Positions 1 to 13,286 of a stretch of 64,000 bases of DNA are shown in pieces (position 1 is the stretch's first letter; each line of letters begins with the position of its first letter). Source of the stretch: Tubiluchus corallicola (lineage: Eukaryota > Animalia > Priapulida); NCBI GenBank assembly GCA_030141605.1, contig JAQGDQ010001022.1, positions 1-64,000 on the forward strand, given 5' to 3'. The translations under genes and the position numbers were made by a program. A model generated the notes under the pieces. That model ran no database searches and had not been told where the DNA came from. It was given only the letters and a program-made list of their open reading frames with translations.

Positions 1-121
1 TATGTTGTGTTATGTTATGTTGTGTTGTGTTGTGTTGTGTTGTGTTGTGTTGTGTTGTGTTGTGTTGTGTTGTGTTGTGTTATGTTATGTTATGTTATGT
101 TATGTTATGTTATGTTATGTT
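1..121. repeat. Pentamer microsatellite (TGTTG/TATGT)n, in the Dlx intron
   Basis: Direct reading of tandem TGTGT/TATGT units from the window start. Confidence 0.95.
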
Positions 122-519
122 AAAAATGTTCTAATTTAAAGTGAGATTGGGTTAAAAATGGTAACCTAATTTGATAGAAAGGCATGTTGCTGTTGTTAAT
201 GTATCTAAACATAAGCAGAAGAGTGAAATGTTCTCTGTGAAATTTTAAGATGGGAGTTTTTAGTGAGTTCCTTAATTCGGTAGGCCAGTGAGTATCAGTC
301 TTTGATGATTTGTGTGAAAAACCACATATTAATTTAAGTGTATAGTTTTGTCAGGTATTTAGTGAAATAAAATTCTCTCAAATTACTCTTTGGAAAGATG
401 GTAAAGATAGTAAGATGGTAAAGATCCGTAAAGATAGTGTGGAAGGATCAGCGTTTTATAGATTAAAATTTTGGTGCTCTTAGTTAATGGTAGAGGTAAA
501 TAAATAAGTGTGTGTGATA

Positions 520-1405
520 TAAAGTAAGTGAGCAAAAACAAGCTTGTAAAATAAGTGAGTAAAGTGAGTAAATACAAGCTTATAAAATAAGTGAGTAAAA
601 CAAGCTTATAAAATAAGCGAGTAAAGTGAGCAGAAACAAGTACACACACGTAAAATAAGTGGGTAAAGTGAGCAAAAACAGGTACATAAAATAAGTGAGT
701 AAAAACAAGCTTGTAAAATAAGTGAGTAAAGTGAGCAAAAACAGGTACATAAAATAAGTAAGTAAAAACAAGCTTGTAAAATAAGTGAGTAAAGTGAGCA
801 AAAACAAGTACATACACGTAAAATAAGTGAGTAAAGTGAGCAAAAACAAGTACATACACGTTAAATGAGCGAGTAAAGTGAGCAAAAACAAGTACATACA
901 CGTAAAATAAGTGAGTAAAGTGAGCAAAAACAAGTACATAAAATAACTGAGTAAAAACAAGCTTATATAAAATAAGTGAGTAAATACAAGCTTATAAAAT
1001 AAGTGAGTAAATACAAGCTTATAAAATAAGTGAGTAAATACAAGCTTATAAAATAAGTGAGTAAATCCAAGCTTATAAAATAAGTGAGTAAATACAAGCT
1101 TATAAAATAAGTGAGTAAATACAAGCTTATAAAATAAGTGAGTAAATACAAGCTTATAAAATAAGTGAGTAAATACAAGCTTATAAAATAAGTGAGTAAA
1201 TACAAGCTTATAAAATAAGTAAGTAAAAACAAGCTTATAAAATAAGTGAGCAAAAACAAGCTTATAAAATAAGTGAGCAAAAACAAGCTTGTAAAATAAG
1301 TGAGTAAAGTGAGCAAAAACAAGTACATACACGTAAAATAAGTGAGTAAAGTGAGCAAAAACAAGTACATACACGTAAAATAAGTGAGCGAAGTGAGCAA
1401 AAACT
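520..1405. repeat. Minisatellite, 27-bp core (AAATAAGTGAGTAAATACAAGCTTATA) with 36/42-bp variants
   Basis: Tandem units read directly; the spurious ORFs show matching 9-aa and 14-aa periodicity. Ends ~30 bp before the Dlx splice acceptor. Confidence 0.93.
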
Positions 1406-1433
1406 AACATAACGATGTTATTTTATGTTACAG

Positions 1434-1916
1434 GTAAAAATCTGGTTCCAGAACAAACGGTCGAAGTACAAGAAATTAGTGAAGCACGCTCAAGCCAATG
1501 GTCAACCGCTTCCCCCACTAGTTCCACCATCCACAAGCGCCTCGGACATGGCATGGGGCGACCATGACAACAACAACAAAACAGAAAGTGGCGGCGCCTA
1601 TAGTATAGCACCGCCTCAGTATCCTTCTCCATGGCCTCACATGTACAATCCCACAAATATGGACGGGATTCGACTAGGAGGCATAGGCGATTTCACCTCT
1701 TCTCCTCCTGTTGGTTACCAAGGTGATTACAGAGCTGGAGGGTACGGTCTGTCTACTCAGGATGCTGCTGATAGTAGGGACATTTCAACACCCACGAGTA
1801 TCACAAGTTACAATCCCGATGCGGTGCCGGGAGGTTTAGCGCGACCGAATTCTCTTACCTCTTACGGACAGGACCAGACCGCGTCTGCAGGTTCAACGCC
1901 TTATTCTTCTGGATGA
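1434..1916 (+). CDS. Dlx: Distal-less/Dlx homeobox gene, terminal coding exon (helix 3 of homeodomain plus C-terminal tail)
   Basis: Acceptor ttatgttacag|GTA at 1433/1434, then VKIWFQNKRSKYKK. NKRSKYKK is the Dll/Dlx signature, and the phase-0 Q|VKIWFQN intron is the classic ANTP-class position. Pro/Ser/Tyr-rich tail, TGA at 1914-1916. Upstream exons lie outside the window. Confidence 0.92.
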   Translation, partial: VKIWFQNKRSKYKKLVKHAQANGQPLPPLVPPSTSASDMAWGDHDNNNKTESGGAYSIAPPQYPSPWPHMYNPTNMDGIRLGGIGDFTSSPPVGYQGDYRAGGYGLSTQDAADSRDISTPTSITSYNPDAVPGGLARPNSLTSYGQDQTASAGSTPYSSG

Positions 1917-3106
1917 GAATAACTAGGAATTTTCCCGTGTGTGTTTATTTCAAGCCGTTTTATGCAGTGTCTGATTGATGTTGTCGTTACCGTCCGTCCT
2001 GGGAAACCGGGTACAGAATGAGACGTACATTCGAACAGACAACAGGAATGCATTGTGTACAGTCACAACAAGGAGTTACTGTTGACAGGACGACACCACG
2101 CATGCGCTGCAAGGCTAGCTTGTTGAATGACCACGTGCACCTGTAACCATGACTTAAGAACCTTGTATCAGTGTACGTCTAAGCTGATTATTTTAGGACA
2201 GTGCACGACAGTGTGTTCGGTTACCAGCGAAGATGCTTTTAGCGAAACTTTGTAAATCCAAGTCCAGCTTTACTGGTTTTACTGTGTGAGGCAATACAGA
2301 CGGACTGTTAGTATATATAACAAGCACATCTAGTACGTTGAGTTAAACAAGTTTATTCTCTATCACCTTGTATATATGCAGCTGATGTTATCTTACTGCA
2401 TCTTTGTACATAATTAGATAACGAGCAATAGTGTCATTCCAGCTGAACTTGTGACGTCACCGCCCCTAATGCGTACGTTAAATGATTCAATATTTTCCCA
2501 ATAGTCGGATGTTCAATCAGTATTGATTGGGTGTCCATTGTGAAACTAGAGAGATTTAGCGATAAGCAACCATTCAGCTGCCTGCCTAAGTCGCCTATAG
2601 ATGTAGAAAGATCCGTATCTCTTCTTATGAGCTTTTGTTGCCAGACCCCACATACGTTGTCAATGCACGCCAGAACCAGGTCGTCAAGACTTGTTAGAGT
2701 TTGATGTCGTTATTGGCATAAAGGATTTCGTAAGCCTATTCAATTTACCTGGCTATTGAACATACAGGCATTTGCTGGATTTGTTTCACATTAGCAAACT
2801 AAATCATACAGTTCAAGGTAGTGATTATAATTAAGAAAGCTGCCCTGTAGAAAAAAAACGAACATTAATTCTCTGTGATCATACGAGACGTAGTTTTCTA
2901 ACCACTTTAGACTTCTCTCTAGGTCGCTATGATTGCTCCAGATTTCTTTAGCTGTACAGTGCGTCTTGTTCAACTGATTTTCTGTATTTTTTATTAATGT
3001 CAGTAATTATTATTTATTATGATTATAATTTAAATGCGCATCAATCATTGTAGACTATGCTGTGTGCATTGTTGATTAGTATTAAACTTATTACAAATAT
3101 AGGGGC

Positions 3107-3151
3107 AATAAATATGGTACGATGAATGCACATGACGCTTATTTAAATAAA
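3107..3151 (+). promoter_or_regulatory. Candidate Dlx polyadenylation signals (AATAAA at 3107 and 3146)
   Basis: Two AATAAA hexamers closing ~1.2 kb of non-repetitive 3' sequence after the stop codon. Confidence 0.4.
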
Positions 3152-3519
3152 GCAGTTATATCCAAAACATTTCTTAATTACTTTATACGTGCCTAAGTGT
3201 TTTAACTGTCTATGAAGCAATATAATTTTGCAAGTAAAGAGATTACCATTGTTGTTAGAGACTTTGATAACTATAACTGGTTAATTTAGGATAATGAGTT
3301 GCCAGAGAAAACAAAGTAGAATTAGACACTGTTTTTTTCCTTTTCTTTATTAGTAAATGAACGGAAAGAACATTGTCTACATCACATTGTTACTTTTAGT
3401 AAAAGCTGAAATTCATTGTCCGACATTAGCCCATTTTTACCTTATAGTTTTCTGTTCATCAAAGCACAGAACACAATGTCAAACAATGAGAGAAGTAATA
3501 CAATAACATGGTATGATAA

Positions 3520-4386
3520 TAACATAACGTAACGTAACCTAACGCAACATAACATAACGTAACGTAACGTAACGTAGCGTAACATTGCATAGCATAGCAT
3601 AACATAACACAACACAAACATAACACAATATAACGTGATGTTACGTAATGTAACTTAACTTAACTTAACTTAACTTAACGTAACGTAACGTAACGTAACG
3701 TAACGTAACGTAACATAACACTGCACAGCACAGCACAGCACAGCACAGCACAGCAGAGCATAGCATAGCATAGCATAGCATAGCATAGCATAGCATAGCA
3801 TAGCATAGCATAGCATAGCATAGCATAGCATAGCATAACATAACATAACATAGCATAGCATAGCATAACATAACATAACATAACATAACATAACATAACA
3901 TAACATAACATAACATAACATAACATAACATAACATAACTTAACATAACATAACATAACATAACATAACATAACATAACATAACATAACATAACGTAACG
4001 TAGCATAACATAACATAGCATAACGTAACGTAGCATAACATAACATAACATAACATAACGTAACATAGCATAGCATAGTATAGCATAGCATAGCATAGCA
4101 CAGCACAGCACAGCACAGTACAACATAACACAACACAACATAACATAACATAACATAACATAACATAACATAACATAACATAACATAACATAACATAACA
4201 TAACATAACATAACATAACATAACATAACATAACATAACATAACATAACATAACATAACATAACATAACATAACATAACATAACATAACATAACATAACA
4301 TAACATAACATAACATAACATAACATAACATAACATAACATAACATAACATAACATAACATAACATAACATAACATAACATAACAT
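3520..4386. repeat. Compound pentamer microsatellite (TAACA/TAGCA/CAGCA/TAACG)n
   Basis: Direct reading; source of the 'VMLCY' ORFs. Confidence 0.97.
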
Positions 4387-5221
4387 AGTGTATAATAATG
4401 ATATAATAACAACTTTGCAATAACACTGACATTAATGTATGTTATTTTAATATATAAAATCATCAAAGGAAATAAACTAAACACCGCTGATAGTTTCATG
4501 AAATTTATTTCGTTTTCTCGCACGTGGCAGATTAGACTGTTTATCTGTGAATTTGCGAACTTCTCTTGAAATATTTCTAGAAAACTTAAAATCGAGTTTA
4601 AAAACGTTGGACTTATTTGGGTCTTCATATTAGACAGAGGAAGTGATTTCACGCCTGCAATAAAAATACACTATAGATCTGTTGTTATATTCTAGCTATA
4701 GATGGCACTGTTGTACGGTTTCAAACAGAGAAGAATTGCAGTTCTGAGAACTTAATATTCTCTGTTTCTTAGAGATCATTTGCACACCTTTTTAGAAGAA
4801 ACACCCTCCCAAACTCCTTCAGATTTACCTAATGTTTTTTGCCCCCAATTTCTGCCCTCAGTATCACATGTGTTTAAAGTGATTCTTGCATGAATTACAA
4901 TATGGTACTGGTTCCTATTATGGTAATTTATAACTGCAGCAATGCATGGCTGAGAAAGCTGCTGGACAAAATGCTACTTGACAGTCATCCTGTCCGTCTG
5001 TCTTGCTAATTGACTACTAAGTTATTACCACAAACACCTAGTATTTGTCAAGTTAAGTGGTTAATTATGACTTACTGCTGACTACAATTGGCGAGGTTAA
5101 CTTCAGCCAGATAACGTTTTCTTTCAAGCACGCATTCAGCCAAGTATTGAACGCTATAGTTATTGTTAGTTATAATTTCTTCATGTAATTTCTCATGTGG
5201 TTAACTGAAAGACAGCCAGTA

Positions 5222-5774
5222 TTAAAGGAAAAGTCAAGTCTTCTAGAAGGATAGGGTTATTTCAATGTTTACGAAAATATTAGAAGGATTTAGTAATAAA
5301 ACTGCAATAAGCGCCTCGTGTAATTAGTAAAATCACTTTAAAGTCGCGATGATTTCACGCATGGGCGCTAACATTTTCAATGGCCGTTCTTCCGATGACG
5401 TCATTCGTCTTGAAGAAAAGTAGTGCACTGTCAATCTTCAATAAAAGTATAATAATTTTTTACAAAATTTGGGTAGCTAGTTTTGTCATATTTTTGCGTG
5501 AACATTGAGTAAGCAGCAGAAGTTTGAATTAGTTTAAGCAGCGCGCTCGCGGAAAGCCACGATGGGCTTACGAAAAGTCATGAAGCCTCCCAGTTACGTC
5601 ATAATATTCAAGTGAAAGGCGGCAACCACCAGAAAATTTCTATTCAGAAGTTGTGCATTTTAAAATTGGGCTTTATAGGCAGTTTTTTGCGAATTTCTTT
5701 TCCATATTTTTCCAAGCTTAAGTGATAAAAGTAAAATAAATCCAACATAATGACTGACTTGTTCTTTCCTTTAA
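5222..5774. mobile_element. Non-autonomous DNA transposon (MITE), Kolobok-like, TTAA target
   Basis: TTAA-AGGAAAAGTCAAGTC ... GACTTGTTCTTTCCT-TTAA: ~15-bp imperfect TIRs flanked by TTAA on both sides. Confidence 0.7.
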
Positions 5775-6224
5775 TAGCACGCCGGAATTTTTTATAATGA
5801 CGTGCAAACTGCATTACCTAGTGTTTCTGGACGCGCAACTGACATAATTTCCTGTTTATTTGTTTATTCCATTTATAATCCGTAATAAATTACATAAAAC
5901 ATACAACGTGACGTCACATTTACAAAGGCATGGACACTGAAAGGTGTGCAAAACAGGTTTGGACTGAATTTGGCACATAAACCTGGGCCTTGACTACTTG
6001 ACCACTGGCCGGTGGACCACTGACCACTGGACCTCTGACAGTTAACTACAACTACTTATAATCAAGGCAGGTATTAATTCAATTCTGGTGGCTCGTAGCT
6101 CATACAGTTTAATTACGTTAAACTGATGACCATTTAAGTGGATCGTTACTCTATAGTGATTAATTGAAGACTTGGAAATATCTGTACGTGATTAATTAAC
6201 TAAATAAATAAATTATAAAATTAT

Positions 6225-6678
<454 letters not shown>

Positions 6679-6884
6679 GGGAAAATCACTCTAAACTTAT
6701 TTTTTCACTAAAACGAAACAAACTGCGCGCGCACGTCATTTGCTTTGCTTTTGTAAACGTGTTGCTCTGGGATGGAAACTTGACGATGTGTTTAACTGTA
6801 CCACCATCACGCCAAATGAAAACATTCTCAACTAGTTCACGCGTTTGGCTTCATCCGTTTGACACAGCTTCTCGACGCTACCCG

Positions 6885-6940
6885 GTCACGTGACACCAGT
6901 TACTCCACCATCGGTTACGCTGATCATTTATCGTTCAGTT
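6885..6940 (+). promoter_or_regulatory. Candidate promoter of Ly6 gene A: palindromic E-box GTCACGTGAC and Inr-like TCAGTT
   Basis: GTCACGTGAC at ~6885 and TCAGTT at 6935-6940, 50-100 bp upstream of the ATG at 6992, in a locally CpG-richer patch. Confidence 0.35.
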
Positions 6941-6991
6941 AAGAAGTTGTGATGCAGAAGACAGGTGAAGGTTTGTGAGAAGCCACTAAAC

Positions 6992-7055
6992 ATGTTACTG
7001 GCAAAATTAATATTATGGACTGTTACGACAGCATGTTCTTGTGCTATGTATACCA
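6992..7055 (+). CDS. Ly6/three-finger (quiver/sleepless-like) gene A, exon 1 (signal peptide)
   Basis: aaacATG, MLLAKLILWTVTTACSCAMYT+A, then a consensus phase-1 donor GTAAGT; joins in frame to the exon at 14972. Confidence 0.75.
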
Positions 7056-7084
7056 GTAAGTAAACCATTATTGTTAATAATTAT

Positions 7085-7790
7085 TTTTGTTTATAAAAAA
7101 CCACCACTATCGTCATCATCATCACCATCATCACCACCATCACCATCATCATCATCATCACCACCATCAGCATCACCATCACCATCATCATCATCATCAT
7201 CACCACCATCAGCATCACCATCATCATCATCATCATCATCACCACCACCACTACCATCATCATCATCATCACCATCATCACCACCATCAGCATCACCATC
7301 ACCATCATCATCATTATCACCACCACCGCCATTATCATCATCATCGTTATTATTATTTATGAAAACCAATGTAAAAATTGGTCCTAGAAATGCGATAACC
7401 ACAGAGGTTATGTTAGATGCGAGCACGCGTCTTTAGGTTGTATTGAAGTATATCGCAAAGCAGCGGCCGACCAGCAAGTGGCACCTGGCATTTGTTAGTA
7501 TATGTAGTTTGTACTAGAGAGAAAAGAATTATGTAATAAATGTGAAAAAGGAAAAGTTAGGTAGGTCAGTAAGAACAGGATAGCGCTAAAAAACAGTTTG
7601 GAGAAAGAAGGTCATGGGAGTAGGTTTACATATTATAGTTTTAGTTTTTTGAGAGGTGATTATATTCTCATTTTTGCAGGAGTGTAATTATAATCATAAA
7701 ATAGTTTGTATTAATGGAGAGAAATTTTGTATACGTATAGTTATAATATTTTGCAAGGAATATGTTATGAAAGGAGTAAGGAAGACAGAA
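7085..7790 (-). mobile_element. Dispersed repeat carrying an internal CAT/CAC triplet tract (copy 1)
   Basis: ~440 bp of unique sequence plus the triplet tract is near-identical to the reverse complement of 54432-55207. Confidence 0.8.
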
Positions 7791-7924
7791 AAGAAATCAT
7801 ATTTAAAGCAACGATGTTTAATCACGTGTACTATTTTTAAAACGTGTCCCTCTCACATCAAAACATGAATGAAACGAATTAGTCCTACTGATTTACCGTT
7901 TTCTTCTTACGTGGAAATTTAAGT

Positions 7925-8565
7925 TTAAAGCAAAACCAGCTCAATGTTAAACTGTAAGTCTCACGTTTTAGTTGTGAGAACATTAATCAGTTATTAAAAA
8001 CTGTTTGTTCAAGCCATATTGCAATATTTCTTATTCAATAAAAATCTATTAAAACTAACTAAACTGTAGGTCTAAACAACCTATCCACAAAAACGTACTA
8101 TTTTTTTGAAGAATGATTTACGTAAAAGAATTATTGCCACGCAAAATTTCACGTCCGTGCCACTGGTTATTCGTTGTTACATGCATTTCGCCATTTGCTA
8201 GTTAGACGAGCACTAGCGCCTGCATTTCGGAAAGCGTTGCACAAAAACAGGTGCTGTACCTTTCAGTTCAGATGTGTTAGTCTGTGACGAACTACGCACG
8301 TTCAACTGCCCATGCGTCAGCACAGCGGTAAATTTCAAATTTGAATTTTTATCTTAAAACGTGCTTACTTTTAGTACAACACACTGAATCTGTTGCAGTA
8401 GCACTGTACTTCCAATTTTCGCTTTCATAAGCACGTGCAACACGCCCGGTGAATATTTTTGATGTTGAAAGTTATGTTAGTTTGTGATGTCATCAATAGT
8501 TGGGCTCGCCCGCCGTTAATTACGTTTTTAATCAATTATTTAATTATTAGAAACGCTTTTTCGCT
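7925..8565 (+). mobile_element. Kolobok-like MITE family A, copy lacking its right end
   Basis: Starts TTAAAGCAAAACC; body matches 12654-13286, 24782-25259, 49385-49885, 59827-60158 and 63633-63972. Confidence 0.75.
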
Positions 8566-9133
8566 GTTAGACCCGACTGAGATAACTCAGTGTAAGCCTA
8601 ACTGACTGACTAACTGACTGTAATACAGGTGATATTAAGTTTATGTTATGTACGTATGTTGCTCTGTTGTGTTATGCATTTTTCTGTGCTTGAACCATTA
8701 TACCATTTATAAGTGGTTTCTTTGTTCAGATGTAGAATGTTTTTTCAAGTCTAGTTTTTTTCTTAGTCTCTTGTAATTTACTTTGCTCAATGGTTCAATA
8801 AAATCAGTAAAATATCACGTAAGAGGGATCACTTTCAGAATGAATTTTTGGAACACATTTTTCAGTTTGTATCTGAAATAGATAATTTTCAGTATCAGAA
8901 CTCAGACCTGCTGGTCCTACAGTGTTTAAACTGCTTTATACAACGATTACTGGATTATGTTTTATTACATGGTAAGATCCCACGGCTGTTTCTCGCCTAA
9001 TGAACAATAAAATTCTCACGTGTCATTGCACCAAAAGAATTGAGGAAATGACTTGTCACTTGTTGTCAAACGTGATAATTATGATGCATGCATGAAAGTT
9101 CCTACGCCGGATGGTAACCACATTAAGTGGCAA

Positions 9134-10056
9134 ATAGAAAATGACGCTGGTGTAAGACGTTTTCTAGATAGAAAATGACGCTCGTGTAAGACGTTTTCTA
9201 GATAGAAAATGACGCTCGTGTAAGACGTTTTCTAGATAGAAAATGACGCTCGTGTAAGACGTTTTCTAGATAGAAAATGACGCTCGTGTAAGACGTTTTC
9301 TAGATAGAAAATGACGCTCGTGTAAGACGTTTTCTAGATAGAAAATGACGCTCGTGTAAGACGTTTTCTAGATAGAAAATGATGCTCGTGTAAGACGTTT
9401 TCTAGATAGAAAATGACGCTCGTGTAAGACGTTTTCTAGATAGAAAATGACGCTCGTGTAAGACGTTTTCTAGATAGAAAATGACGCTCGTGTAAGACGT
9501 TTTCTAGATAGAAAATGACGCTCGTGTAAGACGTTTTCTAGATAGAAAATGACGCTCGTGTAAGACGTTTTCTAGATAGAAAATGATGCTCGTGTAAGAC
9601 GTTTTCTAGATAGAAAATGACGCTGGTGTAAGACGTTTTCTAGAGAGAAAATGATGCTCGTGTAAGACGTTTTCTGGATAGAAAATGACGCTCGTGTAAG
9701 ACGTTTTCTAGATAGAAAATGACGCTCGTATAAGACGTTTTCTAGATAGCATATGACGCTCGTGTAAGACGTTTTCTAGATAGAAAATGACGCTCGTGTA
9801 AGACGTTTTCTAGATGGAAAATGACTCTCGTGTAAGACGTTTTCTAAATAGAAAATGACGCTGGTGTAAGACGTTTTCTAGATAGAAAATGATGCTCGTG
9901 TAAGACGTTTTCTAGATAGAAAATGATGCTCGTGTAAGACGTTTTCTAGATAGAAAATGATGCTCGTGTAAGACGTTTTCTAGATAGAAAATGACGCTCG
10001 TGTAAGACGTTTTCTAGATAGAAACTGACGCTCGTGTAAGACGTTTTCTAGATAGA
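9134..10056. repeat. 34-bp minisatellite, ~27 copies (GATAGAAAATGACGCTCGTGTAAGACGTTTTCTA)
   Basis: Head-to-tail near-identical units with no unique spacers. Confidence 0.97.
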
Positions 10057-10094
10057 ACATGCGAAAATGACACTCAGAAAATGAGAAAATATCT

Positions 10095-10320
10095 TATAGT
10101 AGCACTATATTTCAATTTTCGCTTTTGCAAACACGTGCAAACACACTAGTAGAATATTTTTGCTGTTGAAAAAAGTTATGTTAGTTTGTGATGTCATCAA
10201 TGGTTGACTATTATTTAATTATCAGAAACGCTTTTACAGTATTAATTGTGTTGAAATGCATGTTTTTATCGGATTGGAAAATGGAATAGTATATGAAAAA
10301 CCATCCTGTCTTCCTTTTAA
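10095..10320 (+). mobile_element. Kolobok-like MITE family A, right-end fragment
   Basis: Matches the family body and ends CCATCCTGTCTTCCTTTTAA. Confidence 0.7.
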
Positions 10321-10508
10321 CATTTAATTTACGAAATAACGAATGCACACCAAATGCGAATAAGTCTTATACGGTGAAAAACAATCAACCGTTTGTTACT
10401 ATTTAATTCAAGCATAGTTTATTTGGTTTAAATTAGACAGTTTTTAAAACTGATACATGAATCCTCTCTGTGCAAAAATATGTGCAAGCAGAAGTGGAGA
10501 AAAATAGT

Positions 10509-11533
10509 CATATAAATACATATAAACTCAAATAGATGTGCACACATATAAATACATATAAACTCAAATAGATGTGCACACATATAAATACATATAAACT
10601 CAAATAGACGTGCACACATATAAATACATATAAACTCAAATAGATGTGCACACATATAAGTACATATAAACTCAAATAGACGTGCTCACATATAAGTACA
10701 TATAAACTCAAATAGACGTGCACACATATAAATACATATAAACTCAAATAGACGTGCACACATATAAATACATATAAACTCAAATAGATGTGCTCACATA
10801 TAAATACATATAAACTCAAATAGACGTGCACACATATAAATACATATAAACTCAAATAGATGTGCACACATATAAATACATATAAACTCAAATAGATGTG
10901 CTCACATATAAATACATATAAACTCAAATAGACGTGCACACATATAAATACATATAAACTCAAATAGATATGCACACATATAAGTACATATAAACTCAAA
11001 TAGATGTGCACACATATAAATACATATAAACTCAAATAGATGTGCACACATATAAGTACATATAAACTCAAATAGACGTGCACACATATAAATACATATA
11101 AACTCAAATAGATATGCACACATATAAGTACATATAAACTCAAATAGATGTGCACACATATAAATACATATAAACTCAAATAGATGTGCACACATATAAG
11201 TACATATAAACTCAAATAGACGTGAACACATATAAATACATATAAACTCAAATAGATGTGCACACATATAAGTACATATAAACTCAAATAGACGTGAACA
11301 CATATAAGTACATATAAACTCAAATAGATGTGCACACATATAAGTACATATAAACTCAAATAGATGTGCACACATATAAATACATATAAACTCAAATAGA
11401 TGTGCACACATATAAGTACATATAAACTCAAATAGACGTGAACACATATAAATACATATAAACTCAAATAGATGTGCACACATATAAGTACATATAAACT
11501 CAAATAGATGTGCACACATATAAGTACATATAA
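10509..11533. repeat. 36-bp minisatellite, ~28 copies (CATATAAATACATATAAACTCAAATAGATGTGCACA)
   Basis: Direct reading; 12-aa periodic spurious ORFs. Confidence 0.97.
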
Positions 11534-11861
11534 AGAAAGACGTAATCCTACGTAGTTAATAGATGTGACGCAGTTAATGATATAATATTTGAATAATACA
11601 ATGACTGCGTAAACATTTATAGTAAACTACATAAAAGTAAACCTAAAATCTGAACATATTAGTTTTCTTTATGTTATTTCGAATGCAATAAAAACTTTAC
11701 ATTTAGCATCAACATTGCAATTGTCACTTCCACAAGGATACAATGAAACGGTTTACAATTTCTATATTGTAAAATGTTGATATTTAAAGGCAATAATATG
11801 TTATTTAATTGACTGAACGTGGCAATTCTGGCATCTCTTGTTATCATTTGAGGTATATCAG

Positions 11862-11945
11862 TTTCTCTCTCTCTCTCAGCCTCTCTCTCTCGTTCTCTTT
11901 CTCTACCCCCCTCTCTCTCTCTCTCTCTGTCTGTCTCTCTCCCTC

Positions 11946-11997
<52 letters not shown>

Positions 11998-12000
11998 CCT
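11862..12000. repeat. Imperfect (CT)n tract
   Basis: Direct reading. Confidence 0.9.
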
Positions 12001-12339
12001 TTGTCTTCGAATCCCTCTTGCTTCCTACCCATTCTACATATTCTATTTTCAAGTATTATATGCAGAAGATCGTTACTTTCTGTAGTTATCCTCCAACTTC
12101 CAAGTATGTCCTAATAATTCCAACTTCTATAGCTACGACACTATTGCGTGGGATGATGGAGCATACAAGTACAGACTCTATAATAAACATTTTACTGAAA
12201 ACTGTCTCCATGATGCTCGTGCTAATAATTATTTCCAGCTATAAAGTTACGCTAGAACAGCGTTTTCTTCAATGTGTTATGAATTATCTTTTTCCAACTT
12301 CGTGTAAAATTTATAAGTGGGATATAAGATACGTAGCTG

Positions 12340-12565
12340 TTAAGCCCTTTAATGACCATATGAAGTCGTGGTTGTTTTTTATATATGGCGTTTGAGATTT
12401 CTGTCTTACGTAGGTACAATATTTTCAGGAGAAATGTAGCAACTATTTTACCAAGCTAGATTGGTGAAAGCAAAATTAGGCGACATAGTTTAACACCAAA
12501 AAGAAACGGCGCTTTTTGGAAGCATTTTGGATAAATAACAACAGTGTGCGTGATGAAAGGGTTAA
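12340..12565. mobile_element. Possible piggyBac-type MITE
   Basis: TTAA-GCCCTTT ... AAAGGG-TTAA termini. Confidence 0.4.
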
Positions 12566-12653
12566 GATGTTAGGTAAAATTGTTAACTTCCTGTCTATTG
12601 CCACGGGGCGTACTAACCAGACTGAATCCGGCACCAACCAGAAAACTTCTGCT

Positions 12654-13286
12654 TAAATGAAGACAGGATGATTTTTCATATACTACCGCATTTTCGTGTC
12701 CGATAAAAAGTATACATTTTAACACAATTAATACTGCAAAAGCGTTTCTAGTAATTAAATAATAGATTAAAAACTTAATTAACGGTTGGCGAGCTCAAAT
12801 ATTAATGACGTCGCAAACTAGCATAATTTTCAACAGCAAAAATATTCCACGAGCGTGTTGCACGTGTTTGCGAAAGCGAAAATTGAAGTACAGTGCTACT
12901 GTAAGATATTCAGTGTGTTGTACTAAAACTAGGTAAGTTTTAAGATAAAATTTCAAATTTCAAATTTCAAATTTACCGCTGTGGTCAGGCATATGAGCTG
13001 TCGAACGTGTGTAGTTCGTCACAAACTAACACATCTGAACTGAAAGGAACAGCACCTGTTTTTGTGCAATGCGTTTCCGAAATGCAGGCGCTAGTGCCCG
13101 TCTAACTAGCGAATGATGAAATGCATGTAACAGCGAAGAATTAGTGGCGCGAACGTGAAATTGTGTTTGTGTGGTAATAATTCTTTCACCGAGTCATTTT
13201 TGAAAAAATAGTACGTTTTATTTCAATATTTAAAAGAGTAGATTGTTTTGCCCTACAGTTTAAGATTGGGTCCGGCTTTATTTTAA
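12654..13286 (-). mobile_element. Kolobok-like MITE family A, near full length
   Basis: TTAA at both ends; reverse complement of the 8060-8565 and 49385-49885 copies. Confidence 0.78.

Noticed and set aside
1425-1433. ATG at 1425 as the Dlx start codon
   Set aside because: It lies within the intron acceptor region; helices 1-2 of the homeodomain must come from an upstream exon outside the window.
6122-6150. CTGATGA-CCATTTAAGTGG-ATCGTTAC as a Penelope-type minimal hammerhead
   Set aside because: A stem is present but the conserved GAAA is absent; at best a decayed remnant.
12054-12103. Alternative signal-peptide exon for Ly6 gene A (RSLLSVVILQLP|gtatgt)
   Set aside because: No in-frame start; the 6992-7055 exon has a better ATG context, signal peptide and donor.
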